Shown: piece after piece, positions 12,694-24,236 of the stretch
Position numbering within the stretch: the stretch's first letter is position 1
How the letters are laid out: each line of letters opens with the position of its first letter
NCBI RefSeq assembly: GCF_963921235.1
Contig: NC_086097.1
Location: forward strand, 209,562,001-209,626,000
Origin: Mobula hypostoma
Taxonomy: Eukaryota
DNA: 64,000 bases
Direction of reading: 5' to 3'
Notes under the pieces: model-generated
Database searches by the model: none
Told to the model about the DNA's origin: nothing
What the model saw: only the letters and a program-made list of their open reading frames with translations
Made by a program: the position numbers and the translations under genes

Positions 12694-12883
12694 TGATGAA
12701 TGTGAAAGATGAATGGACTGTGGATAATACAAATATGAGTTTATTATCGGATATTTGCAGGTTAATTCAAAGACCATGTTGTGTGAAAGTCACCTCGCAA
12801 TTTGCTAAAAGAAAAGTAAAGATGTTATTATAAACTTCTGCACGCCTGGAAGGTCTTTTTGTGTGCAAGTGTGCGACAAATAT

Positions 12884-12919
12884 TGGAGGCACTGCTGAGA
12901 TTCGAACTCAGGATCTCCT
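12884..12919 (-). tRNA. Copy of the 3' 36 nt of a tRNA-Thr including CCA (over-long primer-binding site; not a functional tRNA gene)
   Basis: Minus strand AGGAGATCCTGAGTTCGAATCTCAGCAGTGCCTCCA versus vertebrate tRNA-Thr as recalled, AGGAGATCCTGGGTTCGAATCCCAGCGGTGCCTCCA: 3 mismatches, two of them compensatory in the T-stem (CTGAG/CTCAG around TTCGAAT). Confidence 0.8.
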
Positions 12920-14222
12920 CTGTTCAGTAGGTCCTCCAAATACTCCTTCACCTCCTTGTGGAGTGGTTTGGGTAGGTGCGCCTTACAGGAGTCGTGTTGC
13001 TCAGTCTGATTTTTAACTGCAGAGATGGAATGCATCCCACATCACCCTTGTCTTTTGAAAATGCAGCACACTCTTCTCGCAGCATCTCTCTCACCTGTTC
13101 CTGCTGCTCTGGAGTCAGGTGATCAACAGACACTGGAGGGTCCCATGACTCATGTTTGCAAGTGTCCAGCTGTCTGTGTTTCTCTTTGTGATTCTCAGGA
13201 GCGCTGGCTGTGCTGGCAATGTTTTCACTAGTGCTGGCTGTTTTTGCTGTGTTTACACTGGCATTGACTAGCCTTGCATCTACTGGGTAAATAGCCTTGA
13301 TTTGCTGTAGCTGCCCCAACACTGTGCGAGGGGTGAGAGTAATGTTCTGGTTGCTGTCATTGCTGACGGGGATAGCCACCCTGGACCAATTTCCCTTCTG
13401 CAGGACGATGACGGTGTCAGTAATGTTCAACCCCTCTGGCCACGTTGGGATCTCATCTGGTTCAAAAAGAACTTCCTGTTTTGTGGAAAGGTGCCCTATC
13501 CTCGCACTACACTTAACCTCCCTGGTCTGGCCTGCTGGAATCACTGTCTTTAGTTTTCCAACTCTCACCACGCCCTCCTTGTCATTCTGGTCACCACTCT
13601 GCACTATGTGGGTCAACTCATTTTCCTTTTTGCAGTCAATGGAAAAAGCGTCTCTTACCACAGCAGGTGTAACTTCCGGATGCTGCTCTATTCCATTCAT
13701 CACCAGCTGCTCGATGACGTTGTAGCCGATGATCGGTGGCTCTGCTACTCCGGGCTCATTCGAGACAAGAACCGGCACAAGCAGCTCTGGTTCTGGGCCC
13801 CTATTTGATCCCAACTTGAACTTCCGCTCAACCCATCCTGCAAAGGGTATGGGTGTCTGGTTTGCTGCTTTGCCCACAAGTTTCTCGTTCTCTCCCAGGA
13901 GCTCATCCGTGTTCCGTACCCCAATGTGTGGAAAACAGGACTCTCTCCACTTTTCGTTAATAATAGCCGGTATCCCATAATGCTCGTGTTGCTACTCCCT
14001 CAAAGAAACAATCCACCGTGCACTTCTTCCCGATGAGAGCTGTGAGCTTGGCTCGGTGATGTAAAGAGAGATGACTGGCGTAGGTAGTACCCACCATCTG
14101 TTGTTCAGCCTTCCTAATGTTCTCTAACTGCCTCCAGCTGCCTGATTCTCTCACAAAGAAGCTCATGCACCTTGTCATCTGGTCTAGTTTGGCTTGGAGC
14201 TGATGATTCTGGGATTGCGACA
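12920..14222 (-). pseudogene. Gypsy pol fragment: aspartic protease, linker and start of RT (frameshifted)
   Basis: 'LIGKKCTVDCFFEGVATRALWDTG' (ORF 13957-14271), 'AANQTPIPFAGWVE..PIIGYNVI..GCIPSLQLKIRLSNTTPVRRTY' (ORF 12948-13877), and 'PKPLHKEVKEYLEDLLNRG' (ORF 12805-13035). Confidence 0.85.
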
Positions 14223-15352
14223 CATGCATCCTTGATGTACACCTTTGTTGATCGTCAGCGAGGAGGCACAATCTCAGATCTGCACTGACTGTGGTCTCCC
14301 AAAGAGGAAGGCAAGGATCCAGTTACAGAGAGAGGTACAGAGGCCCAGGTTTGTAGCTTGTTGATTAGTACTGATGAGTTGATGGCTTTGAATGCTGAGC
14401 TGCGATCAATAAACAGCAACCTGAAGTGAGTATTGCTATTGTCTAGAGGGGCCAGGGCCAAGTCCAAGAAGAGAGCCATTGAGATTACAACTGCTGTAGA
14501 GCTGTTGTGGTAGACAAATTGCAGTGGGTCCAAATCCTTGCTCAGGCAGGAGTTAATACTAGCCATGATAAACCTCTTAAAGCACTTCATCACTCTAGAT
14601 ATGAATGCTACTGTGTGATACTGGTCAGCTCACCCTGCTCTTCTTGGGCACTGGATTGATGTCCTTTTGAAGCAAGTGAGAGCCTCTGACTACAACAGTA
14701 AGAGATTGAAGATGAACACTCCAGTCAGTTGATTGGCACGCGTTTTCAGTGCCCTTCTAGAGTCACCACCAGGGCCTAATGCCTTATGAGGGAGGAGTTC
14801 GCCCTCTTGAAAGATATTCTGATGTTGGCCTCCAAGACAGATATCACAGGGTTGCTAGATACTGCAGAGATTCACACAGGTATAGTTTTATTTTCCCTTT
14901 CAAAGCATGCATAAAAGGTATACAGCTCAGGGAAGTGAAGCATCACAATCATTTATGAACAAGAGGAAATCTGCAGATGCTGGAAATCAAAATAGTACAC
15001 AAATTTTATGTACTATAGCCATTATGATATTAAGTTTTGCCTTGCAGGAAGTAATGGTCTACAAATCCTGGATTGGTGACATGGATCCGATTTCATCTCT
15101 GAACACTCCGGATTTTTTTATCACTCTTAAAATAGCCTTCTGTGGGTCATACCTGGACTGCTTGTAGAATTCTGGATCAGCAGTCTTTAGTACCACAGAT
15201 CTATCTCTCAGCAGACTGAATTTCCTGGTTCATCCATGGTTTCTATTGTGGGTATATTCAGTATGTTCACACACTTGTTCACACAGTTCTGGATGAAGTT
15301 GGTGACAGCGGTGGTACATAGTACATTCAGATCCGAAAATGAGTCCCTAATA

Positions 15353-16183
15353 CAGGTCCACAATCCCTTATCCGAAATCTTTGGGGCCAGTTGCATTTTG
15401 GAATTCAGAATTTTTCCGATTTCAGACCCCCCCCCCCACCTCCCGATGACAAAAAACACGTATGCGCAAGTCCATTATTTAACCTGTCTCAGTTCAGTGG
15501 ACTTTTTGACCCAGCGGCATACCAAACCTACTCACATCCTCCCGTATACGTTAAATCATCTCTAGATTACTTATAATACCTAATACAATGTAAATGCCAT
15601 GTAAATAGTTGTTATACTGTATTGTTTAGGGAATAATGACAAGAAGAGATTTTATTTCCAACAAAAACGTTCAATGAAACATAAAAATATACAGCTTCAA
15701 ACGAACCGAATCAAACACATGGTAAATGACATTGGAATAAATGTAGAACGTTACTGTCACTATAAAACTTCAGTAACTTGTCTTTGTTTTTTTAAATCAT
15801 ATACAGTGGTAGTTCCGACACTATTTTCTTCAGTAGGATGCCGCACAGACACACCACGATCAAGCTTCTGCAATAACTCCACATTCTGCGTTATTGATAG
15901 AGAAGATTCCTTCTCTTTTTCTCATTGTTACCCATAGGGGTATCTGCAGCTTTTTTGATATTTTCATGGTGAAATTAAACACAAAGTCAACAGTGAACAC
16001 AAAATATCAGCGAACAGCAAATGCACGTGTAACCAGTACGAGCGCTGAGCCACAAATGACGTCTGGCGGCCTCTGCTAGTGCTGCCACGTCACACCTGAG
16101 TGATGTCAGCTTTTGGCGAAAAAAAACTTTGGTTTTCGGATCTTTTTGGATTTCAGAATTTCAGATAAAGGAATGTGCACCTG
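15353..16183 (-). mobile_element. Non-autonomous Tigger4/Zombi-like (TcMar-Tigger) DNA transposon
   Basis: TIRs CAGGTCCACAATCCCTTATCCGAAAT and rc CAGGTGCACATTCCTTTATCTGAAAT, with TA on both sides (15351-52, 16184-85). The minus strand at about 15757-15967 encodes a frameshifted transposase N-terminus (AADTPMGNNEKKRR..ELLQKLDRGVSV..VGTTTVYDLKKQ..KLLKFYSDS, HTH-psq type). Confidence 0.85.
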
Positions 16184-17438
16184 TACTGTGAGTCAACCAT
16201 TCCATTGCAATCCTCCGCCTCTTTTTACCGTTCCTTTTGCTGCCGTCACCCTTGGTGCTATCGTCCTCAGTCTCTTGTCTAAATGATGGGAGTAAAAGTA
16301 CAGCCAGGTGACCATACTTACCAATGTGCAGGCATGGAACGGCACAGTAAAAGTGCACAAGTCTGTTGGCTCCTCTTGTTCCACAGATGACATGTTGGTG
16401 GTATTTGGTCAGAGACTTCTTCAAGCTGGCCTGGTTGAAGTCCCCCACAATGATCAGGAAAGCGTCAGGTGCGCTGTTTTGTGACTGCTGATCATGGTGC
16501 TCAGCTCCTTCAGTGTCAGCTTAACGTTGGCCAGGAGTAGAATATACACTGCAACCAGGATGATGACAGAAAGCTCCCCTGGCAGATAGAGTGAGTGACT
16601 CTTGACAGCTCGGCGCTCCAGGTTGCTGCAGCACGACTGAGGCAGAGCCACAACTTCGCACCATGATGAGGTTATCATGAAGCAAATGCCGCTGCCTCTG
16701 CCTTTAACTGACACCACTGTCCAGTCCTTACGCTCGAAGGTGAAGCCCTTGTGCTGGGGTTAGCCATGTCCTCATGAAGCAAAGCATGCTGCAATTCTTG
16801 ATGTCCCTATGGTATTGCAATCTTGCTTGATGTATTTAGTTTTATTTTCCAGAGACTGCACAATAGTCAGGAGAATGAATGGTAGTGGGAGACTCGGGGC
16901 CTGTGTTTCAGTTTTACCTGCAGCCTCACTTTGTTAAAGGGGCACTGCAATTGCTACTAGAGTGGTGTGCAGCCTGCCAAGTTTGAAGATCAATAGATTT
17001 TTAAAAATGTTTTGAAACAATGTTACTTACTGAATTGCCTTTTACTGTTACTGGAGATTTCAGTGGTAGTAATCCTAAACAGGAACATTTGAGGATTCCC
17101 TTTGGAACTCTCCTTTGGAGAGTCACCACTCTCTGGCCCATCTTATCATCAGTCAAACTTCATCCAAGAGATAAAATACTTACCAACTGGCTAAACCAAC
17201 TGCCATACCTTTTAATGACTATGAGCATCTTTGCTTCTGACAGGTTGATATTAGAATCCTGAAGTTGTGGTGTGGAGAAGTGCTAGGCATTCCATGCAGA
17301 ACTGGAGAATGGATCTTAACAGTGGATGATGACAGGATTAGTCTAGTTTATCTAATCGTCCCAGGTGAATGGCTGCTTCAATGGTGTTGCCTCGTGGGTA
17401 AGGAAATGGAGAACTATTGGTATGTGTGAAAGCTGATA

Positions 17439-19012
17439 CAGGTGTCCCCTGCTTTTCGAACGTTCGCTTTACGAAACCTTACTGTTATGAAAGACCTACA
17501 TTAGTTACCTGTTTTCGCTAACAGAAGGTGTTTTCACTGTTACGAAGAAAGGCAGCGTGCGAAAAAAGGCAGAGCACACCCCAAGCAGCCGCTCTCCCCC
17601 GGATTCGGAACTGCATTCTTGCCGGCATTGCTTAAACACGTGCCTATGAACAGCCATTTGCAAGGTGAATTCTAAGGTATTAGAAAAGCCTGAAAGAGCT
17701 CGTAAGGGTGTTACACTTAGCGTAAAACTAGACATAATTAAGCGTTTCAATCGTGATGAACGAAGTAAGGACAAAGTGAGTTTGTTTGTCTTGTGGAAGT
17801 TGACAAAGATGATGTTGAAGAGGTTTTGGCATCTCATGACCAAGAACTGATAGATGAAGAGCTGATGCAATTGGAAGAGGAAAGGATAACAATCAAAACC
17901 GAATGCAGTAGTGAACGACCGAAAGTGAAGTCGTCCAGGAACTGAACGTGAGGCAACTGCGTGAGATTTTCGCTGCATTGATAAAGTACAACTTTAATTT
18001 TGAAAGGGTACGTCGGTTTAGGGCATATTTGCAGGATGGTTTGAGTGCTTACAAAGAACTGTATGATATAAAAATGCGTGAGGCTAAGCAGTCAAGCAAG
18101 CCTTCCACATCAGCCACAGCAGACGATGAACTTCAACCTTTGACATCGACGCAGGCAGACATAGAAGATGACGACCTGCCTACCCTCATGGAAACAGACG
18201 ACGAGATGACATCCCAGTGTCCCACCACCCCAAACCCCGGGCCGTGGACAGATACTGATCCACAGAGAATGCAGCGGTAGCCGGGAGGCACCCAACACAT
18301 CTTTAAGAAAAATGCCGAAATAAACAAGCCCAGATCAGAGATGATTGCCAATTGCGTCGTCTCTGAACTCGGCCGACATTTATGTGCCGGGCGGCACCTA
18401 ATTAATTAGCTTTTTTATTTCGGCTTTTTTCGTAACGATGTGCTGGGTGCATCCCAGCCACCACTGTACCGCTGCATTCTCCGCGGATCGGCACGGAGGG
18501 TGGGGGCCACTACACCACCCCAACCTCCGATGACTCAGCCTAACGCACCATCATCAGTGTGCTCAATGCTGTCTTCCCGATTCCCATAAGTGATACTACA
18601 CTGTACATACATTATTTCTACTTTATATCGGCTGTGTATTTTTACGTGTTATTTGGTATGATTCGGCAGCTTCTCAGCTTAAAGGTTACTGGAGAGCGCT
18701 TGCGCCGTGTTTTTGCTGAGAGCACTTGCGTGAGATTTTCGCTACGGAGAACAGTGCAGGCAATTATTGTGGAAAAGTATTTCTACTTTATATACGCTGT
18801 GTATTCATATCATTCCTGCTTTTACTATATGTTACTGTTATTTTAGGTTTTATGTGTTATTTGGCATGATTTGGTAGGTTATTTTTGGGTTTGCGAACGC
18901 TCACAAATTTTTCCCATATAAATAAATAGTAATTGCTTCTTTGCTTTACGACATTCCGGCTTACGAACCATTTCATAGGAACGCTCTACCTTCAGACGGC
19001 TGGGGAAACCTA
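17439..19012 (+). mobile_element. Internally deleted Tigger/pogo DNA transposon
   Basis: Imperfect TIRs CAGGTGTCCCCTGC and rc TAGGTTTCCCCAGC with TA flanks. N-terminal HTH 'RKGVTLSVKLDIIKRFNRDERSKD' (17665-17775) is fused directly to acidic C-terminal 'DKDDVEEVLASHDQELIDEELMQLEE..YKELYDIK..KQSS'. The DDE domain is missing. Confidence 0.85.
18215..18512. mobile_element. Palindromic hAT-like MITE module nested in the Tigger element
   Basis: Self-complementary arms (CAGCGGTAGCCGG..CACATCTTTAAGAAAA..GAAATAAA). Shares GGCCGACATTTAYGTGCCGGGCGGCACCTAATTAATTAGC with 60909-60948. Degenerate CAGTG(G)TCCC / GGGGCCACT ends. Confidence 0.65.
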
Positions 19013-20854
19013 TAACTGCTTTTTAAAACACGAGAAATTCTGCAGATGCTGGAAATCCAAAGCTTTTAAGAGATTATTTCCACAATACTGCTATTAAGAG
19101 ATGATTTTCACAATACTGGGACTAAAAGAATATAGTAGCTCTGGAAATTTTATAAAATATAGTAGGTTTGATCAGCATGATCTACTGATAGCAATTATTT
19201 TCATTGCAAGATTGACTTTTTTTAATTAGCATAATTTTTGGAATGAAAGAAGGTGCAAAATATGACTGGAGACTAACTGCTGATTTGGCAAATTGCTAGT
19301 AAGTCAAAGATGATATCTACTTGAAATACAGAGATGGATAAGGATGATTGTGCCAATCAGCATGCAACACTGATTAGATCCGAGCACTGCCAAAATTGTC
19401 CAATCAAGCGTGTGTTCAGCTTCAGGACCATGAATAATTACTACTGGGCGGTTCAATTTTACTGAATGTTGTCACAGGTCATGAGTTGTGTTTAATCCAT
19501 GGCTCTTTCAAGTGATCAAAAGTAGACAGAGATGAACAGCTGAGGGATTTTTTTTTGTTTTAAGGCATCTATGCAAGCCAGTTCCACCCTGTCATGGGTC
19601 CATTAGCAGTCAGCTGATTGGGAAAACGGGCAGAGCTTATGCAAAATATGATAAAATGTAGAAAAGATTGGGAGGTTGGTGATCGGGGGATGCAATTTTG
19701 AGGGTGATCCAGTTGGAAAGATGGTAAAAGAATCTGCAGATGCTGGGACTAAAGCAAAAAATACCAGAGATAGTCATAGTCATACTTTATTGATCCTGGG
19801 GGAAACTGGAGATCTCAGCAAGTCAGGCAGCAATGGTGGAGAGAGAAAAATATTTACTATTTCTGTTTGATAACCTTTCATTAGAACTGGATTACATTCG
19901 AATTGAGTTGAACTAATTTTTCCTTGCCACAAGCACGGGGTCATTCATGATCACCCTTCAGTGAGAGAAAATCTAACTATATTCTTTTGAATTTCAATGG
20001 CATTGATTTTTCAGACTATGAAGAATGGGTTTATTTGCCACATGTACATCGAAATGTACAGTGAAATGCATCATTTGCATCAAATCAAGTCAGCGAGGGT
20101 TGTGTTGGGGTCAACTTGCAAGTGCTACCACGCTTTCAGTGCCAACATATTATGCCCACCACTCACTAATCCTAACTCTAAATCAAGCCTTTGGAGCGAT
20201 GGTGACGATGAGGAAACCCTCCCTACCATCCTCATTCTCACTGATCAGGAAAAGCCACATGCAGTTATAGAGGACAGCTGGAAGATTTGGTGTTCAAGGT
20301 TTGAGTCCCAAATATGCAACTATCTGCATGAATGTCAATGATCTTGGCTATCTGGCTAATAGACAAGACTAGAGAATGAATGCCAGCATTGGAATCAGTA
20401 ATTTGCCATCTTGAGAGAGCTAATTTATTGTGCTTGGAGCCACTGCCTTAGCTGTTCAAGCCATCTGCCAGAAGATGGAATTTGCAGTGAAGCCTTCAAA
20501 GCTCCTTTTGAACATTGGTACCCAAAGCTATGATGGCAACATTCTAACCTTGTGGATCGGACCTGTTGCTTCACTCATGCATCATGAAGTTGTACCACGG
20601 CCACCAGGCAATACAAACTGTATGGGTCCTTTTGCATTGGATCTGAGTTAGTCACCTTTGGAAAAGATTCACTCAGAATTCACAATCGTGGAAGGCCTGC
20701 ACACTTATTTGATGCCTGCATCAGATAGGCCTGTCAATCTCTTTCTATTGCCTATTGTACCTTGTAGCAGCTTTAGGCTAGCTCAGTAAAATTATCATCA
20801 TTGCTTGAAAACAAATCCCACCTTGCCTTCCGGAGAACCAATATCTGGGCTACC

Positions 20855-21256
20855 TTGTTGTGTTGTGGGGATGGAACTGGACTCTCTCACGGTGGTGTCT
20901 GAAAAGAGAATGCTGTCTAAGTTACATGCCATCTTGATCAATGTCTCCCATCCACTATATAATGTTCTGGGTGGGCACAGGAGTACATTCAGCCAGAGAC
21001 TCATTCCTCCAAGATGCAGCACAGAGCGTCATAGGAAGTCATTCCTGCCTGTGGCCATCAAACTTTACAACTCCTCCCTTGGAGGGTCAGACACCCTGTG
21101 CCGATAGGCTGGTCCTGGACTTATTTCATAATTTACTGGCATAATTTTCATATTACTATATAACTACTTATGGTTCTATTACTATTTATTATTTATGGTG
21201 CAACTGTCACGAAAACCAATTTCCCCCTGGGATCAATAAAGTATGACCATGACCAT
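20855..21256 (+). mobile_element. Rex1-type LINE 3' fragment (second subfamily)
   Basis: 'VVGMELDSLTVVSEKRMLSKLHAILINVSHPLY..PRCSTERHRKSFLPVAIKLYN' followed by GGGATCAATAAAGTA and a (TGACCA) tail. Confidence 0.85.
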
Positions 21257-23630
21257 TTAAGTACTAACACTAATTAAAGGCAAGACATTATTGGGGTCTT
21301 GTATGCAATTTCATTCTTAAACTCTTCCCTACAATGCACTACTAAGTGCCATTAATTGAATTGATTGTTACTGTTTTATTGATTGATGAAGAGTTTTATC
21401 TTGATGCTTCCTGACCATTGTTTTGCTTAGTGGGAGCTATTAAGTTTATAGATGCCAGAAATAAGAGAATGATAGATTAGGATTCTAGGAAAGCGACAGG
21501 GCAAGTTAAGAGCTAAACCAGAACCTATTGTGTGATGAGAGAGAAGTGGAGTGTGAATTTAAATATAAACATGCCATCATCAATAGCCTCTGCTTTATTG
21601 CTAGTTATAGATTCTATGATAGCTGCCTCAATAATGATCTGCACCCTTTGCCTGAGATGATGGACATGGGCTATGCTGAAACCCCCACCCCCAGCCCCAC
21701 CTCTCAATAGGCAGTGATTGCATTGGACATCTAGGACAAGAGCATCGGAATGATGTGCAAGTGCTTTGAGATATACAGTATAAGCAGAATCTGAAATACA
21801 GGTATAGTTGTGAGGATCTAGTGGGACACGAAAAACTTTGCGAAATTGCTGAAAGGTGGGTTCCAGGGGTTACACATTCTCTTGCATTATATCCATGTTT
21901 TGGTCATCTCCAAAGCTGCCACCATCGTCTTTGTCTTTTGGGCTACTCTCTGCACTTTACCGTGACAAACAAAGAGTCAAAGGTCACCACTGGGAGTGTG
22001 TGTGCTCTTGCATGGCTTCCAGCCCCATGAATTAAATTTGGCCAACACTTGCAGCCAATAACACATAAGGGGTACATGGCTGGGTTTAGTTAGTGCCAAC
22101 TAGCTTCAAGTAGTGCTAGCCATTCTCATGAAATCCACTGTGGATTTGCATTATTGTAAAAAAAACTGCTATCTGAAAGTTACAACAGCAACGATCATGA
22201 AAGATAATTTTTCCCCTCTATCTATACTGTATTGTTATCAGAGTTAATTAGGCAATGTGATTCCAACACACGTTTTCCAGTTTCCAGGATTCTTGCAAGA
22301 CTAAGGGTAATTAGCATTTTGGACATGTTTAGAAATATAAAGCAGATATTCTGCACATAATCTTGACTTTTAATTAATGGAGGCATTGCTAGCTTTAGCA
22401 GCTTGACATGCAATTTAATAGAAGAAAGGAAGCTGTAAATTTATTGGCAATGTATTTTATGGCACAATTTACAAAAAAATTTGGATTCATTTGATTTTTG
22501 CATTTATTTAATTATGACAGCTTCTAATTTTCTAATTCGAGAGCAGTGACGCGCATAGAATACAGCACAATACCTAGCATTTGAGATGTATTTCTAAATA
22601 TGACCTGTCAAAGTCCTCTAAGATTAAATTTATCAGCAATCCTTACAATCGTATTTTGCTTTTGGCAGGTCCCTTGTATTCTACTTTATTTATGAATCTC
22701 ATTTAAAATTATATTGGGTATAAATTATAAACTTATAATGGCAGTTCTGATTAAGTTTTGAACGCGTGCTATCTGGAGACTACATCATGTGCTGATTAAG
22801 ACATTTGAATACTGGTCATCTTTGGTTCCATTTTGGGATCTGTAAAGATTGTTGTTTAAGTTTGACAGTTTTTATTTCTACTACAAATCTTTGCACAGTT
22901 TAATTTCAGTTTATAACATATTCTGGAAGTACAAGGATGACAGAGTTTTGGGACCACTTTGAAGAAGCAGTCCAATCATCATCATCGCAAGACATCCGGC
23001 ATTAAATTAGGGGAGGAAAAACTGCACATGCTAGAAATCTGAAATAAAAGCAGAAAATTGGAACCACAGATCATCTCATCCGTGGAGAGAGAAACAGATA
23101 ACATTTCAGTTCACTGATTCATCGGTATAACTCTCAGTTCTCTTTCCACAGGTATTGCAGGTGTTAAATGTCCCCAGCATTTTCTGATTTTAATCCAATA
23201 TTAAATGTTACACTTGGCAGTTCAACCTCAATTATAACCTTTGTGCTGGATTGAATTTTGTTGTGGTTCGCCCTCAGTCGGAGTATACATTATGGCTGAA
23301 CAACCATCAGTGCACATTTACCAATAACATTCAATTTGTGCTGAAGCTGTACCTATAGCCTAGCTCAGGGACTGCTAACATGGATGTCAAGTATGTTTTT
23401 TTTATATGTTTCAAATCTGCTGCCTTATCTGATGAATGCCATTTGGGATCCCCTAGGCACTTGCCAAAGACTATGGACTTACTGTGTTACAGAAAAAGAT
23501 ATTGTGAAACTCATTTATTAATTTTCTGTATTTCCCACAGACATGAACCAAGCAATGTAAATGTAAAAATAAAATGCACAAGACCTTCAATTCATTTCAG
23601 AATTAAGACTTAAACAAGTTTATGGGCGAT

Positions 23631-23849
23631 TGCTATGTTTTGTAACTCTAAAACATAAAACTAATTAAAAATTAAAAAGACGGGAGTCTGAGAGAACTTG
23701 TCTTAGTTTCATTCTTACTTCAAGTGTGGCATGCGCTTATGACGTGGTGACATATGCCATTCACATACTATAACATATAACATAAAATGAATGATTTAAA
23801 CAAAGAATACTTAATCAAATGATATATTTACAATATTAAATACACAATG
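23631..23849. mobile_element. Possible short solo LTR
   Basis: Starts TGCTATG and has LTR-like composition, but the 3' CA and a TSD are not clean. Confidence 0.3.
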
Positions 23850-24236
23850 ATAGGTAGTTTTATTTCCACATTTGAGGTGCTCATTGCAGTGTCCATATAA
23901 GTATAGGATTGATCTGTAGGTATGGATTAATCCATTCTCTTGATTTCAAATGTAGTTAAAATAAGAAGAGTTATACCATGCAAACAAGTCAGGCCCCCGA
24001 AAGGCTGGTGGTAGAGTATTTACAGTTTGGGTTGTTACTTCCCCTGGGTCCCCTCCTCCTCCTTCCCTTACTCCTATTGCCCACACTCCTCTCCCATCAG
24101 ATTCTTTCTCATAAACACAAAATAATCTGCAGATGCTGGAGTCAAAGCAACACTCACAACACGCTGGAGGAACTCAGCAGGTCAGGCAGCATCCGTGAAA
24201 ATGATCAGTCGATGTTTCGGGCCAGAGCCCTTCGCC

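Larger units (their letters stand above)
11376..12878 (+). mobile_element. Gypsy LTR (about 510 bp net) split by a Rex-Babar insertion
   Basis: TG start at 11376; TATA-like GTATAAAAG at about 11677-11685; ends GTGTGCGACA at 12878, followed after 5 nt by a PBS. Confidence 0.7.
11376..14222. mobile_element. Rearranged gypsy LTR-retrotransposon insertion: LTR(+), extended PBS/tRNA copy, then inverted pro-pol segment
   Basis: CATG duplicated at 11372-11375 and 14223-14226; host LINE reads GGGCTAAG-CATG-CATCCTTGA once the insert is removed. The insert starts TGTGGGA and ends TGCGACA. Confidence 0.8.
9880..17070 (-). mobile_element. Decayed Rex-Babar LINE hosting three nested insertions; own segments about 9880-10703, 11345-11375, 14223-15352, 16184-17070
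   Basis: Minus-strand ORF pieces in order: 'SGICFMITSSWC' (16454-16717), 'GDFNQASL' (16161-16448), '[25 protein letters not shown]' (14255-14593), 'YKLSDNTTIVGRIS' (about 10620-10680), 'ASIIKDPPH' (9962-10201). The LINE joins seamlessly across each insertion. Confidence 0.8.

Noticed and set aside
12884..12919. Functional tRNA-Thr gene
   Set aside because: Only the 3' 36 nt are present, with encoded CCA and no D-arm or anticodon loop, so it is a reverse-transcribed copy.
17665..18280. Domesticated TIGD/CENP-B-like host gene
   Set aside because: Lies between TIRs, lacks the DDE core and is frameshifted; it is a deleted transposon.
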